Source: an uncultured Dehalococcoidia bacterium
GTDB taxonomy: Bacteria > Chloroflexota > Dehalococcoidia > UBA6926
DNA: 64,000 nt
Assembly: GCA_964405845.1 (NCBI GenBank)
Contig: CAYOPL010000009.1
Location: 24,497-88,496 of the forward strand
Direction of reading: 5' to 3'
Under the pieces are notes generated by a model. That model was not told where the DNA came from. It was given only the letters and a program-made list of their open reading frames with translations, and did no database searches. Made by a program: the position numbers and the translations under genes. The stretch's first letter is position 1; every line of letters starts with the position of its first letter. Positions 6,070-14,486 of this stretch are shown here, one piece after another.

Positions 6070-8349
6070 CTAGCGTCCCGCGCCGACCGTCTCCTGTTGC
6101 AGCGCCCACTCGAACATCGAGAGGCTCGGGGGCTGGGGCTTCCCGTTGCGTCGCTTCGACTGGACGGGCTCGACCATGAACTCCGCCCAGGAGAAGAGCG
6201 ATCGTTGCGGCTCGTCGGCATCGGACTCCGTGTTGGCGGCGGCCTGGAGCGGTAGCTCGGTCTCTGTAGCCGGATGGATCTCCACGATGCTGGGTGTGAT
6301 GGGCTTTGATGCCTTCCATCCGTCGTCGACGAGGTAGGATTCCGATTCGGTTTCGGCCGCGCGAGCTTGGGCGAAGGCGGCTTCCACCGTGTCGGCCGCG
6401 TCGTCCTCCTCGCTGTTGACCAGCTTGCGAGCCAGGGCGAGCATGAGGTCGTCGCCGTCGTCTCCGTAGGCGGCTAAACCGTCCTCGGGGAGTTCTCCCT
6501 CGACCGCCAGCGAGCTCTGCAGCTTCTGCGCGACCAGCTTCAGCGCGTCGGCCTGCAATGTGCTCCGGTAGGCCATGAAGATGACCTTCACGGGCCGCGT
6601 CTGGCCGATCCGCCACGAGCGCCGTGACGCCTGCCGCATGGTGTACACCGAGTAGTCCGTCTCGTACCAGACGATGGTCGGGAAATCCACGAGGTCGAGG
6701 CCGGTCTGGACGAGGCGCGGGTGACAGATGATGACATCCACGCCCTTCTTGACCTTCTCTGCGACCCACGCCTCGCGTTTCTCCGGCGCGACCGCGTCAG
6801 CCTTCATGACGGCGACCCTGAACCCGTGCCGCGTGAGCATGTCGTCCATGCGGCCAGTGATGTCCCGGGTTCCCGTATGCGTCGCGTAGACGAGGACACG
6901 CCGTCCAGCCAACCGTTCCGCGGCGACTAGGTCGAGCAGCGCCTTCTCCTTTGGGTACACGCGGTCCTCGGACAGCGGCGGCAACTGGATGAGCGGCTCA
7001 CCTGAGTCGGGATCGAACACCGTCTCGCCGCGCGTGCAGCCGTCGGGGTAGGCGAGGAGCGACTGCAGGTAGATCGAGAGCAACCGACGCGAGCCACCGG
7101 CCAGTGCCTTGACCATCGCGTGGCGCAACTTCTCGAACAGCTTGTCGTAGGCGGACTTCTGGGAGAAGCCCGTCGCGTCGGCGTCGCTGTCCATCGCGGT
7201 CAGCATGACCTGCTCCTCGTAGTCGGGCAGCCCGGACGCCACGTCCGACAGCCGCAGGAAGACCGAGTTGCCGATCAGGTGGAACAGTGCCGACGGCGCG
7301 AGGCCGGGGCGCTCCTTCACCGTCTTGCGGTACTTCCGGCGACGGCTGTTGCGGCCGTCCTCCATCGAGTGGTCGTCGTCCTTGCCGATGGTGTGCTCGA
7401 CGAACCCGTAGCGGTTGACCCACCGCCCTTCCTCCGACCTCCCGAACTCCGTCCGAATCGCCGGGCTGAACCGGTAGAGCAGGTGGAAGAGCGTGGATGA
7501 GTACCCGCCGAGCAGCGTGCCGGTGAGGGTGAGCGACCTCCCGCAGGCGTCGGCGAGCACGCCCGCCGCGATGCCCTGCGCGGATCCCCTTCCCTTGTAT
7601 TCGTGGACCTCGTCGCCGATGAGCAGGTCGAAGAATCCCCGCATGTGGTTCTTGACGTAGTCGGCGAGCGGATAGCGGCGCGGACCGGAGTTGTCGGCCT
7701 GCCAGAGCGGACCGCCGCATTCGGGACACTTCCGCTTGCGGCGGGCGAGGTCCTCATGCGAGAGGGGCACGCCGTCGGCGTCCACGATCTGCGTCGCGCA
7801 GCCGGGGCACGTCGGGATGCGGAATGGCTCCAAGGTCTCGTCCAGCCGCATCAGCCGTCCGCTCGAAACCGCCCAGCGGCTAACGACGGCGGGCTGCCAC
7901 CGGTAGGAGAGCTTGGCGCGCTCGCGGGACATGATGGCGAAGAGCGGGCCGAGACTGACTGCGCGGCCGAGGCTGTCGAGGTCCGTGATGGAACTGACGA
8001 TGACGGCCCTGGCGTTTGGAATCGTCTGCTCGACCTCCCTCTTCCACTTCACGGTGAGGTGGGGCGGAGCGAGGACGAGGATGTGCCGGAATCCGGCGGC
8101 GTGGGCGGCGGCCGTCGCGATGAACGTCTTGCCCGTGCCCATCTCGCCGACAACGGCAGTGCCCTGATTGGCCCTGAGCGAGAGCGCCGACCCGCGAATC
8201 GCGTCCGCCTGCGCCCCGAGCGGGGTGCGGAGAAGCGGTGGCAGCGGGACGGCGCTGGCGTCGGACGGCCGGTACAGGGGCGGGTAGGAATCGACGACGC
8301 GCTGCGCGATGGCGTCCCTGTAGGTGTCGATGAATTCGCCGAGGTTCAT
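6070..8349 (-). CDS. superfamily-2 helicase (SNF2/DEAD-like, DEVH box) with inserted C4 zinc ribbon, 759 aa
   Basis: ATG at 8349 with GGAAGGA RBS. Walker A GEMGTGKT, motif II LIGDEVHEYKG, zinc ribbon CPGCATQ...CPECGG, helicase-C region with motif VI SWRIGQTRPVKV. The acidic C-terminal tail (FSWAEFM...MFEWAL) is the segment duplicated at 1079-1430. Confidence 0.8.
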   Translation of the reverse strand: MNLGEFIDTYRDAIAQRVVDSYPPLYRPSDASAVPLPPLLRTPLGAQADAIRGSALSLRANQGTAVVGEMGTGKTFIATAAAHAAGFRHILVLAPPHLTVKWKREVEQTIPNARAVIVSSITDLDSLGRAVSLGPLFAIMSRERAKLSYRWQPAVVSRWAVSSGRLMRLDETLEPFRIPTCPGCATQIVDADGVPLSHEDLARRKRKCPECGGPLWQADNSGPRRYPLADYVKNHMRGFFDLLIGDEVHEYKGRGSAQGIAAGVLADACGRSLTLTGTLLGGYSSTLFHLLYRFSPAIRTEFGRSEEGRWVNRYGFVEHTIGKDDDHSMEDGRNSRRRKYRKTVKERPGLAPSALFHLIGNSVFLRLSDVASGLPDYEEQVMLTAMDSDADATGFSQKSAYDKLFEKLRHAMVKALAGGSRRLLSIYLQSLLAYPDGCTRGETVFDPDSGEPLIQLPPLSEDRVYPKEKALLDLVAAERLAGRRVLVYATHTGTRDITGRMDDMLTRHGFRVAVMKADAVAPEKREAWVAEKVKKGVDVIICHPRLVQTGLDLVDFPTIVWYETDYSVYTMRQASRRSWRIGQTRPVKVIFMAYRSTLQADALKLVAQKLQSSLAVEGELPEDGLAAYGDDGDDLMLALARKLVNSEEDDAADTVEAAFAQARAAETESESYLVDDGWKASKPITPSIVEIHPATETELPLQAAANTESDADEPQRSLFSWAEFMVEPVQSKRRNGKPQPPSLSMFEWALQQETVGAGR

Positions 8350-8454
8350 TGGCGTCCTTCCTTTCTTCGTGGTGCTATGGTGAATCGGCGAGGTCCCGTC
8401 GCCTTGTGGGGGGAGGCGACGGGACCCCGTGATGCGGCCTGTCTGCGAGGCAGA

Positions 8455-9495
8455 CTAGGCGGCGATGTCCGTGATCTCGCCGTCGTCGAGGCCGAGCGCG
8501 ACGACGGTCGTCTTGATCCTCTCGCGGAACACCTCCTTCTCCGGGGTGTCGTCCACGAGGACCATCTCCTTCGACGTGCGTCCCTTGACGAGGATGCGCC
8601 TGCCGTCGGCCTCGAGCTGGAGGTTGTCGAGGAATCCCGCCGCCACCAGCATGGCCATGTGGCCGCGCCGGAGCGGCATGAGCGGGCGGGTGGGGTCTTC
8701 CCTCGCCGGCCAGAGCGCGTCCGTGATCTGCGGGTTCGTCCACAGACCTGCCCGTCGCGCCTCGGCTGCGGCCTCCACGGGATCGACCGTCCGCCGCGTG
8801 AAGAGGATGTCTCCCGCCGCCGTCAGTTGGGGACTGAAGACCGGGTACTGGGACAGCCTGAGCGTCTCCGGTTCCCCCTCGGCCCACTCCTTGATTTGCG
8901 CCTCGGTGTACCCGTCTGGGCTGGGGTCGGCACGGCGGACGGCCATCAGCACGACCTGGTCGAAGGCCTCGCGCTCCGGTTCGGGGAACGCCCAGCATCG
9001 AACGCGGGTGTAGTGCGTCGACAGGAACCGCGCCGACACCGCTAGTCGCTGGCGCGGCACGATGAACACGAGCACCCCGCCGTCGATGAGGTACCGGGTG
9101 CAGTGGGTGAGGAAGGCATGTTCGACGCGCTTCTTGTCGTCGTTCTCCCAGTCGTAGGGAGGATTGAGGAAAAGCAGCCCAAACGCGCCGTTGGCGATGG
9201 ACGTCTGGAAGGCGTCCGCAGTGAGCACGTGATCGAGCCGTTCTGCGGCCTCCTCGGCGCGTTCCTTGTGGAGCTCGACGCCGTAGGTCTCGATGGCCGT
9301 GTTGCCGGCTTCGCGGAGCCGGTCGGTGAGGTGCCGAAGCGCGTCGCCTGCGCCGCAGCACGGATCGAGCGCGCGGATGGTGGCCTTGGCCCTGTTGACG
9401 TAGCCGTAGGGGGGGCGCATGAGGGTGGTGACCATGTTGACCACCCGATCCGGCGTGGGGTAGAAGCCGCCCTTGGCCTGTCCCGCAAGTCGCAT
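8455..9495 (-). CDS. N6-adenine DNA methyltransferase (gamma-class motif order), 346 aa, no restriction partner seen nearby
   Basis: ATG at 9495 with GAGAGGAG RBS. Motif X FYPTP, motif I DPCCGAG, motif IV NPPY (FLNPPYDWEND). It sits immediately upstream of the helicase in the same operon. Confidence 0.8.
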   Translation of the reverse strand: MRLAGQAKGGFYPTPDRVVNMVTTLMRPPYGYVNRAKATIRALDPCCGAGDALRHLTDRLREAGNTAIETYGVELHKERAEEAAERLDHVLTADAFQTSIANGAFGLLFLNPPYDWENDDKKRVEHAFLTHCTRYLIDGGVLVFIVPRQRLAVSARFLSTHYTRVRCWAFPEPEREAFDQVVLMAVRRADPSPDGYTEAQIKEWAEGEPETLRLSQYPVFSPQLTAAGDILFTRRTVDPVEAAAEARRAGLWTNPQITDALWPAREDPTRPLMPLRRGHMAMLVAAGFLDNLQLEADGRRILVKGRTSKEMVLVDDTPEKEVFRERIKTTVVALGLDDGEITDIAA

Positions 9496-9508
9496 GTATG
9501 TCTCCTCT

Positions 9509-9901
9509 CTAGTCCGTGTCCGTGTCGTTGATGCCGACGACCTCGCCGACGCCGTGCGTCTGCTGGAAGCAGAGCGCCTGGCTTGTCCTGAGACGGCTGG
9601 CGCAGGTCGTGCAGTAGACCGTGACGATGTCCGCGTCGCGGGCGACGGTGATGCGCCTGACGAGGATGACCCGGTCCGCGCCGATGCGGTGCGTGTAGAG
9701 CATCACCCGCCCGTCTCCCGACTCCTCCGGCGTGGCGGGCCTGTAGAAGTGGGGCTGTTTCGCGACGGTCAGGTGGGAGCCGCCGTCGTGTCCGCAGTAG
9801 GGGCAGATGCTGCCATCGAGGGCGAACCTCCTCCATGCGCGGACATTCTTCTGGCGGCGCTTGACGCTGGCCCGCCGGGCCTTCCTGAGTGTCTTATCCA
9901 T
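9509..9901 (-). CDS. zinc-ribbon protein, 130 aa
   Basis: Internal ATG at 9901 (GAGGGGGA RBS) lies 4 nt after the stop of the upstream gene. MDKTLRKARRASVKRRQKNVRAWRRFALDGSICPYCGH...VYCTTCASRL has two CxxC pairs. The ORF-track 262-aa extension is antisense junk. Confidence 0.5.
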   Translation of the reverse strand: MDKTLRKARRASVKRRQKNVRAWRRFALDGSICPYCGHDGGSHLTVAKQPHFYRPATPEESGDGRVMLYTHRIGADRVILVRRITVARDADIVTVYCTTCASRLRTSQALCFQQTHGVGEVVGINDTDTD

Positions 9902-10526
9902 CGGCGTCCCCCTCGTTCGGGAGGGTGAGCGCGCCCATGCCGACGGCCATCGAGAGGTCCTCGCGCAGCGCCTCGGAATCGGGAGAGCACCGGTAGGCAA
10001 TGATGCCCTCGGAATCGAGCTTGACGATCTCCTTCCTCCGCTGGCCGCGTTTCCAGAGCCAATCGGCCCAGTTGCGGTGAAGCGGTAAGGGGCTGCGCCG
10101 ATCCAGGAAGCGGTGGTGCAGCGCCGGAGCGGCGTCCTCGGACTCGGCGAGCACGAGGAAGTCGTCGCGCTCGAAGGCGTACTCGGCCATGCGGGTGAAG
10201 ACGAGCGCGTGCCAGCCGCCCGACGACGGGAGTCGCTGGATCTTCGTCGTCCACGTGCCGATGGTGGAGTGGGGGATGACGCAGCGCTCGTACCCACCGG
10301 AGACGGCCATGCCGTCGGCCCCGCGAATGAGGTGGGCGGGCTCAGGGGGCTGCTTCAGCATGGATGCCCAGATGGCCTTGAGCGCAGTCTGGGAGCCGAC
10401 CATCGACAGGAACCAGAGCGTGCCGTCCTGCGAATCGCGTGCGAAGGCGTCCGCGGTGGCGGAGAAGCCGCCCGCATTGACGGTGTAGAGCGACTCGGCG
10501 TCGATCATCGCAGATTGAACGGTCAT
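9894..10526 (-). CDS. hypothetical protein, 210 aa
   Basis: ATG at 10526 with AAAGGAAGGA RBS. Protein-like composition (MTVQSAMIDAESLYTVNAGGFSATADAFARDSQDGTLWFL...). No family recognised. Confidence 0.5.
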   Translation of the reverse strand: MTVQSAMIDAESLYTVNAGGFSATADAFARDSQDGTLWFLSMVGSQTALKAIWASMLKQPPEPAHLIRGADGMAVSGGYERCVIPHSTIGTWTTKIQRLPSSGGWHALVFTRMAEYAFERDDFLVLAESEDAAPALHHRFLDRRSPLPLHRNWADWLWKRGQRRKEIVKLDSEGIIAYRCSPDSEALREDLSMAVGMGALTLPNEGDADG

Positions 10527-10586
10527 TGGCGTGTCCTTCCTTTAGGGAACAGATTGTCCGGCGCGGGTCCTTGCCCGCGTGATGCC

Positions 10587-11096
10587 TCAGTCGCTGATGT
10601 GACCGAGGTCCTTGAGGCTCGCGAAGTGAACGCCGCCGATGACGACGTGATCGAGGAGGTCGATGCCCAGCAGCTTGCAGGCATCGTTGAGTTCCCTCGT
10701 GGTCCTGACATCATCGGGGCTCGGCGTGGGGTCGCCGGATGGATGGTTGTGGACGACGATGACGTTTGGCAGGCCGTCCACGACGGCGGGGCGGATCACC
10801 TCGGCGGGCCGGACTCTGCATTCGCTGACCGTCCCCTGGTAGATGACTCGTTGTCCGACGAGGTGGTTTCTCTTGTCGAGGAGCAGAACGCGTAACTGTT
10901 CCTGCGCGAGGTTGGCCATCTCGTCCCGCAGCGCCGCGTGCACGTCGGCGGGGCTGGAGATGATGACCCTGGAATTGTTCTGACTGGCGGTCTTCGTGCC
11001 CACCTCGTACCTGACCGAGAGTTCAGCGAGGAGCTGCAAGTTGGCGCGGAGCGCGTCGATCAACTCGGACGGCTCCTGAGCGCGTTTGCGCGGCAT
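10587..11096 (-). CDS. radC: RadC-family JAB-domain protein
   Basis: ATG at 11096 with GGGAGG RBS. Hallmark HNHPSGDPTPSPDD motif (RadC/JAMM-like) and a helix-hairpin-helix-like N-terminus. Confidence 0.8.
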   Translation of the reverse strand: MPRKRAQEPSELIDALRANLQLLAELSVRYEVGTKTASQNNSRVIISSPADVHAALRDEMANLAQEQLRVLLLDKRNHLVGQRVIYQGTVSECRVRPAEVIRPAVVDGLPNVIVVHNHPSGDPTPSPDDVRTTRELNDACKLLGIDLLDHVVIGGVHFASLKDLGHISD

Positions 11097-11207
11097 AGCG
11101 TGTGCCTCCCATTGGGATATCCTTAAAGGAAGGCGGGGCCGCTCCCGGTGGGGGAGTCGGCCCCGTGTCGCGTTCGGCCGGAGCCGAGCGCCGCGTGGTC
11201 TGTGCCC

Positions 11208-11603
11208 CTAGAAGGGCGAGCTGCCCGGCTCCACGCCGTCCTCGTACTCCGCTGAATCGTGGTTGGGCGAGCCGTTGCCGCCGCCGCCGTCGAGGAAGAC
11301 CACCTCGGCGGCGTAGATCTCGGTGGAGTAGCGGCGCGTCCCGTCCTTCGCCTCGTAGGAGTTCTGGGCGAGGCGGCCCGCGACGTAGATGCGCTGGCCC
11401 TTCTCCACGTACTGGTTGACGGCCTCGCCTAGCTTGTCCCACACCGTGACGGTGTGCCAATCGGTCTCGGTCTCGCCGTTCTGGCGGTGGCGGTCGGTGG
11501 CCACCCTGAGCTGCGTGACGGCGGTGCCGTTCGGCGTGTAGCGCATCTCGGGCTCGGCGCCCACGCGGCCCAAAAGCTCGACGCGGTTGATCGTGCGTGA
11601 CAT
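11208..11603 (-). CDS. ssb: single-stranded DNA-binding protein
   Basis: ATG at 11603 with GAAGGAG RBS. OB-fold signature MSRTINRVELLGRVGAEPEMRYTPNGTAVTQLRVAT...WHTVTVWDKLGE, a Gly-rich linker and an acidic tail ending ...SSPF (cf. the SSB DDIPF tail). Confidence 0.8.
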   Translation of the reverse strand: MSRTINRVELLGRVGAEPEMRYTPNGTAVTQLRVATDRHRQNGETETDWHTVTVWDKLGEAVNQYVEKGQRIYVAGRLAQNSYEAKDGTRRYSTEIYAAEVVFLDGGGGNGSPNHDSAEYEDGVEPGSSPF

Positions 11604-11726
11604 TTTTGCTCCTTCTCGCAATGGGATGCGATGTGAACTGGCGCGATTCGCGCCTCCTTTGGATGAGAGCGAAGCCGCTCCCGGTACGGGAACAGCCCCG
11701 TGTTGCGCCCTCTGAATGAGGGGCGG

Positions 11727-12779
11727 CTAGCTGACGCGGATGTAGTTCGAAGAACTCTCCGTGACTATCTGTGCGCGGGTCTTCGGATCCAGCAGGGCGT
11801 TGAGCCTCCTGTGGTCGACGGCGTAACGCCGCGACTGCACGAGGCTGACGGTGTGACCGTCGATCTCCGCCTTGCCGGAATCCCGGCCCGTCATCCACGC
11901 CTTGAGCGTGTTGAGCGCCGCGCGCTTGGCCTGCTCCGGCCCGCGCACCGCGTCCTGAGCCGACAGGTAGTCCGCGACCGCCTGCCGTGCTTGATCGTCG
12001 CTCACCTCCTCGACCTCGTGTTCTTCCTGTTGCAACTCGTCTGTCTCTGCCGCCTCTGGCTGGCACTCTGCCAGGAATGGACAGCTGCGGCACTGCCACG
12101 ACTCCGCTGTGAAGTCGCGGCCGGGCAGGGCGTCTGGGTCCGGCCCGACCAGCGTGTGATGGGCGGCGAGTTCTCCCAACCGACCGGAGACATCCTTGAG
12201 GACCTTCTCAAGCCGCTCGGCGGAAATGACCTCGTAGTCCCATACCCGTGAGCCCGTGTCCATGCAGGCGATGACGGCATCGCGTATCTCGCCGTAGGTT
12301 CCGAGGGTGTAGAGGGCGGCCTGCGCGACGGCGTTCGGATGGGAGCGTTCCGCACCGAGCATCTGCCAGCGCTTGAATGCGTCGGGGTTGCGGGTCTTGA
12401 CCTCGATGACCGCTTCCCCGGCGAAGATGGGCATGATTCCTGTGGCATCGGGATGGCCGGTCACCCGCAGGGTGGGGCCGATAGGGACGGACACGGGTGC
12501 GGGGTCGTCGCGGTCCGCGGGGTGGATCTCCCATCGGGCACGCTCCATCGCCCGGAGGACGACGGGCTCGAGCGCGGTCCCCGCCTCCATGATCGTGAGC
12601 GATTCGTCGGTCGGCGGGTTCGTGACGGGGTGTCCCGTCGCGGCGTACCAGAGGGCCCGGCGGCAGTCGCCCGCCGCCGATGCGCGGACCTCCAGCACAC
12701 CGTCCTGCGTGAACTGCGCGGCGGGCCGCGAGTACGCGTCCGCCATGTCGGTCGTCTGTTTCTGGATTGTGTCTCTCAT
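11727..12779 (-). CDS. PD-(D/E)XK nuclease of the Cas4/RecB-like Fe-S type, 350 aa; putative exonuclease partner of the Rad52-like annealase
   Basis: ATG at 12779 with AGGAGAA RBS. N-terminal Cys (AAGDCRRALWY), E-V-K catalytic triad context (AGEAVIEVKTRNPDAFKRW) and C-terminal Cys cluster WQCRSCPFLAEC, the 1+3 Cys arrangement of Cas4/AddB nucleases. The ORF-track 497-aa N-terminus is junk. Confidence 0.65.
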   Translation of the reverse strand: MRDTIQKQTTDMADAYSRPAAQFTQDGVLEVRASAAGDCRRALWYAATGHPVTNPPTDESLTIMEAGTALEPVVLRAMERARWEIHPADRDDPAPVSVPIGPTLRVTGHPDATGIMPIFAGEAVIEVKTRNPDAFKRWQMLGAERSHPNAVAQAALYTLGTYGEIRDAVIACMDTGSRVWDYEVISAERLEKVLKDVSGRLGELAAHHTLVGPDPDALPGRDFTAESWQCRSCPFLAECQPEAAETDELQQEEHEVEEVSDDQARQAVADYLSAQDAVRGPEQAKRAALNTLKAWMTGRDSGKAEIDGHTVSLVQSRRYAVDHRRLNALLDPKTRAQIVTESSSNYIRVS

Positions 12780-12823
12780 CGCTATTCTCCTGTAGGGAAT
12801 GTGCGGCGGGGTTAGACGGCTAG

Positions 12824-13195
12824 CTACGGTTCGTCTCCCCTGCTGTCCGCGAAAGGTCGCAGGACGTGGGCGATGGCATCGGAGATGCCGAGTACCCAGC
12901 CGTTCGAACCGTTGGGCAGTTCGTTCGCCCAAGGCTGCATCTCCTGGATGCCCTCGCACTGGGCGACGATCTCCGCGATGGAGGTACCCCGCCTCAGGTG
13001 GAGCGACACGAGGCGGCAGGCCATCTCGGTGACCCCCTTCTCGAAGACGCCCGCCTTGCCGATCTGCCCGAAGACCTCGAAGGGCCGGCCCGCGTCGTCC
13101 ACCGAAACGGTCAGGTAGAGGTTGCCGCGTGCGGTGGTGAGCACCGTCGTCAGGCCGCTCAGGCTCCGAGGGCGTAAGCGTGTCTGTTGGGTCAT
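12824..13195 (-). CDS. TSCPD-domain-like small protein, 123 aa
   Basis: ATG at 13195 with AAAGGAAGGAG RBS. GNLYLTVSVDDAGRPFEVFGQIGKAGVFEKG and the C-terminal GWVLGISDAIAHVL resemble the TSCPD domain pattern from memory (G.LY.T...E.G.P.EVF...GK.G ... TSCPDAIA). Not verified. Confidence 0.35.
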   Translation of the reverse strand: MTQQTRLRPRSLSGLTTVLTTARGNLYLTVSVDDAGRPFEVFGQIGKAGVFEKGVTEMACRLVSLHLRRGTSIAEIVAQCEGIQEMQPWANELPNGSNGWVLGISDAIAHVLRPFADSRGDEP

Positions 13196-13210
13196 GGCGT
13201 CTCCTTCCTT

Positions 13211-13531
13211 TCAGCGGCACGCGTAGCAGATTCCGCCGTGCTCAATGAAGCACTCAGTACAAAGGATGTTTGAGCACGTGAAGTCGATGCACTCCTCGAT
13301 GCCGACGTTTTCGCACTGGTCGCACTGTGCATCCTCGCCGCGGTCATTCCACATACTTACGCATTCGTCGGCGTCTCCCCACCGATGGGGAAGCAGGGTA
13401 ATGCACTCAGGAGAATGACCATCGCGGCACGCCGAAACGTGCACAGCGATGAAGTAGGTGTTGAGTGGGAGTAGGCCGTCGCAGTAGCGGCAACGGAAGG
13501 GCCTAGTTCCGATGGGTTCAGCGATGTACAT
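13211..13531 (-). CDS. small cysteine-rich protein (16 Cys in 106 aa)
   Basis: ATG at 13531 with GAGAGGAG RBS. MYIAEPIGTRPFRCRYCDG...CDQCEN...CIDFTCSNILCTECFIEHGGICYACR carries several CxxC pairs, presumably metal-binding. Confidence 0.45.
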   Translation of the reverse strand: MYIAEPIGTRPFRCRYCDGLLPLNTYFIAVHVSACRDGHSPECITLLPHRWGDADECVSMWNDRGEDAQCDQCENVGIEECIDFTCSNILCTECFIEHGGICYACR

Positions 13532-13638
13532 TGCAGAGCTCCTCTCTCTGGTCACGGGTCACTACAGCTATCGTCAAAGGAAGCGGTGGGGCGGCCCCGA
13601 TTCGGGACAGCCCCGCCGTGCTGTTGTGGGCTGCGAGT

Positions 13639-14403
13639 CTAGGCGGCCGACGGCGGCTCCTGTTCCATGGACTCGTTGATCTTCTTCGCTGCCGCCGCGA
13701 CCAGTTCCGAGAGCTCCTCGTGCCTGAGCTGGTCGAGGGTTCGTCCGGTACGCGCCCTCACCGCTGTCTCCACCTGTTCGGCGTCGAAGCCCTGCTTCTC
13801 GCCGAGTTCGAGCAGGCGTGCCCGCAGCTTCTGCATCTCGCCGTCGGGCGCGACGGGCGGTTGCTTCGTCACCTCGACGATGCCCGTCTGTGGATCGCCG
13901 TAGAGGGCGTTCCCGAACCGCGCCCCGAAGGAGCGCAGCGCCCGCTTGAGGCCGTCCGTGACCGCGCCCTTGCTGGCCGTCTCATGCCCGTCGGCATTGT
14001 CCTCAACGACGGCGTGGAAGCCGATATCCACGCGGGGCGGCGCTCCCAATACCGTGACCCGCACGGGGGCGGTGTAGGCGTGGATGCGGCGGATTTCGCC
14101 CGTCTTGGCGTCGACACTGTTGATCTCCCGCAGCATGACCTCGCCCGCTAGCTCATAGCCCCAGCCGCCGTACCCGAAGACGCGGTTCGCCTCGTCGATA
14201 ACGGTGTGTCCCTCGATGTATGAGAAGGTCTTGCCGCCGCGCCCCTTCCTCTGCGAGACGAGGGCGGCGTCGATGGGAGTGTCCAACTCCGGCGCGATGC
14301 CCGGCGCGAGACCATCCCAGAGGATGGCGTCATGCCCGTTCGCGGGCGTGATGGCGGTGGGCTTCGCACCATTCTTGTGACCGTTGCCGTTGGTGCTGAC
14401 CAT
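13639..14403 (-). CDS. Rad52/Rad22-family single-strand annealing protein (phage Sak-like)
   Basis: ATG at 14403 with AAGGAGA RBS. GGKTFSYIEGHTVIDEANRVFGYGGWGYE matches the Rad52 N-terminal signature (cf. human RAD52 [21 protein letters not shown]). Confidence 0.75.
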   Translation of the reverse strand: MVSTNGNGHKNGAKPTAITPANGHDAILWDGLAPGIAPELDTPIDAALVSQRKGRGGKTFSYIEGHTVIDEANRVFGYGGWGYELAGEVMLREINSVDAKTGEIRRIHAYTAPVRVTVLGAPPRVDIGFHAVVEDNADGHETASKGAVTDGLKRALRSFGARFGNALYGDPQTGIVEVTKQPPVAPDGEMQKLRARLLELGEKQGFDAEQVETAVRARTGRTLDQLRHEELSELVAAAAKKINESMEQEPPSAA

Positions 14404-14486
14404 GGTTGTCTCCTTGCTTGTCCGATAAGTGAGCGGACCGTCAGTGGGCCCGTGGGCGGGGTGTTCGTCCCCGTCGTTCGTGTCGG

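Noticed and set aside
7603-9045. 480-aa plus-strand ORF (and similar long ORFs 6062..6769-, 8375..9361-, 9042..9836-, 10113..10895+, 11023..12099-, 19846..20808-, 22865..23746-, 24352..25278-, 31406..33958+ 850 aa, 34835..35854+, 47842..49068+, 60687..61988+)
   Set aside because: All lie antisense to, or out of frame with, strongly supported genes (helicase, MTase, T4SS, giant protein, kinase, relaxation protein). They have Arg/Pro/Gly-rich low-complexity translations typical of spurious frames in 65-70% GC DNA, and they lack RBSs.
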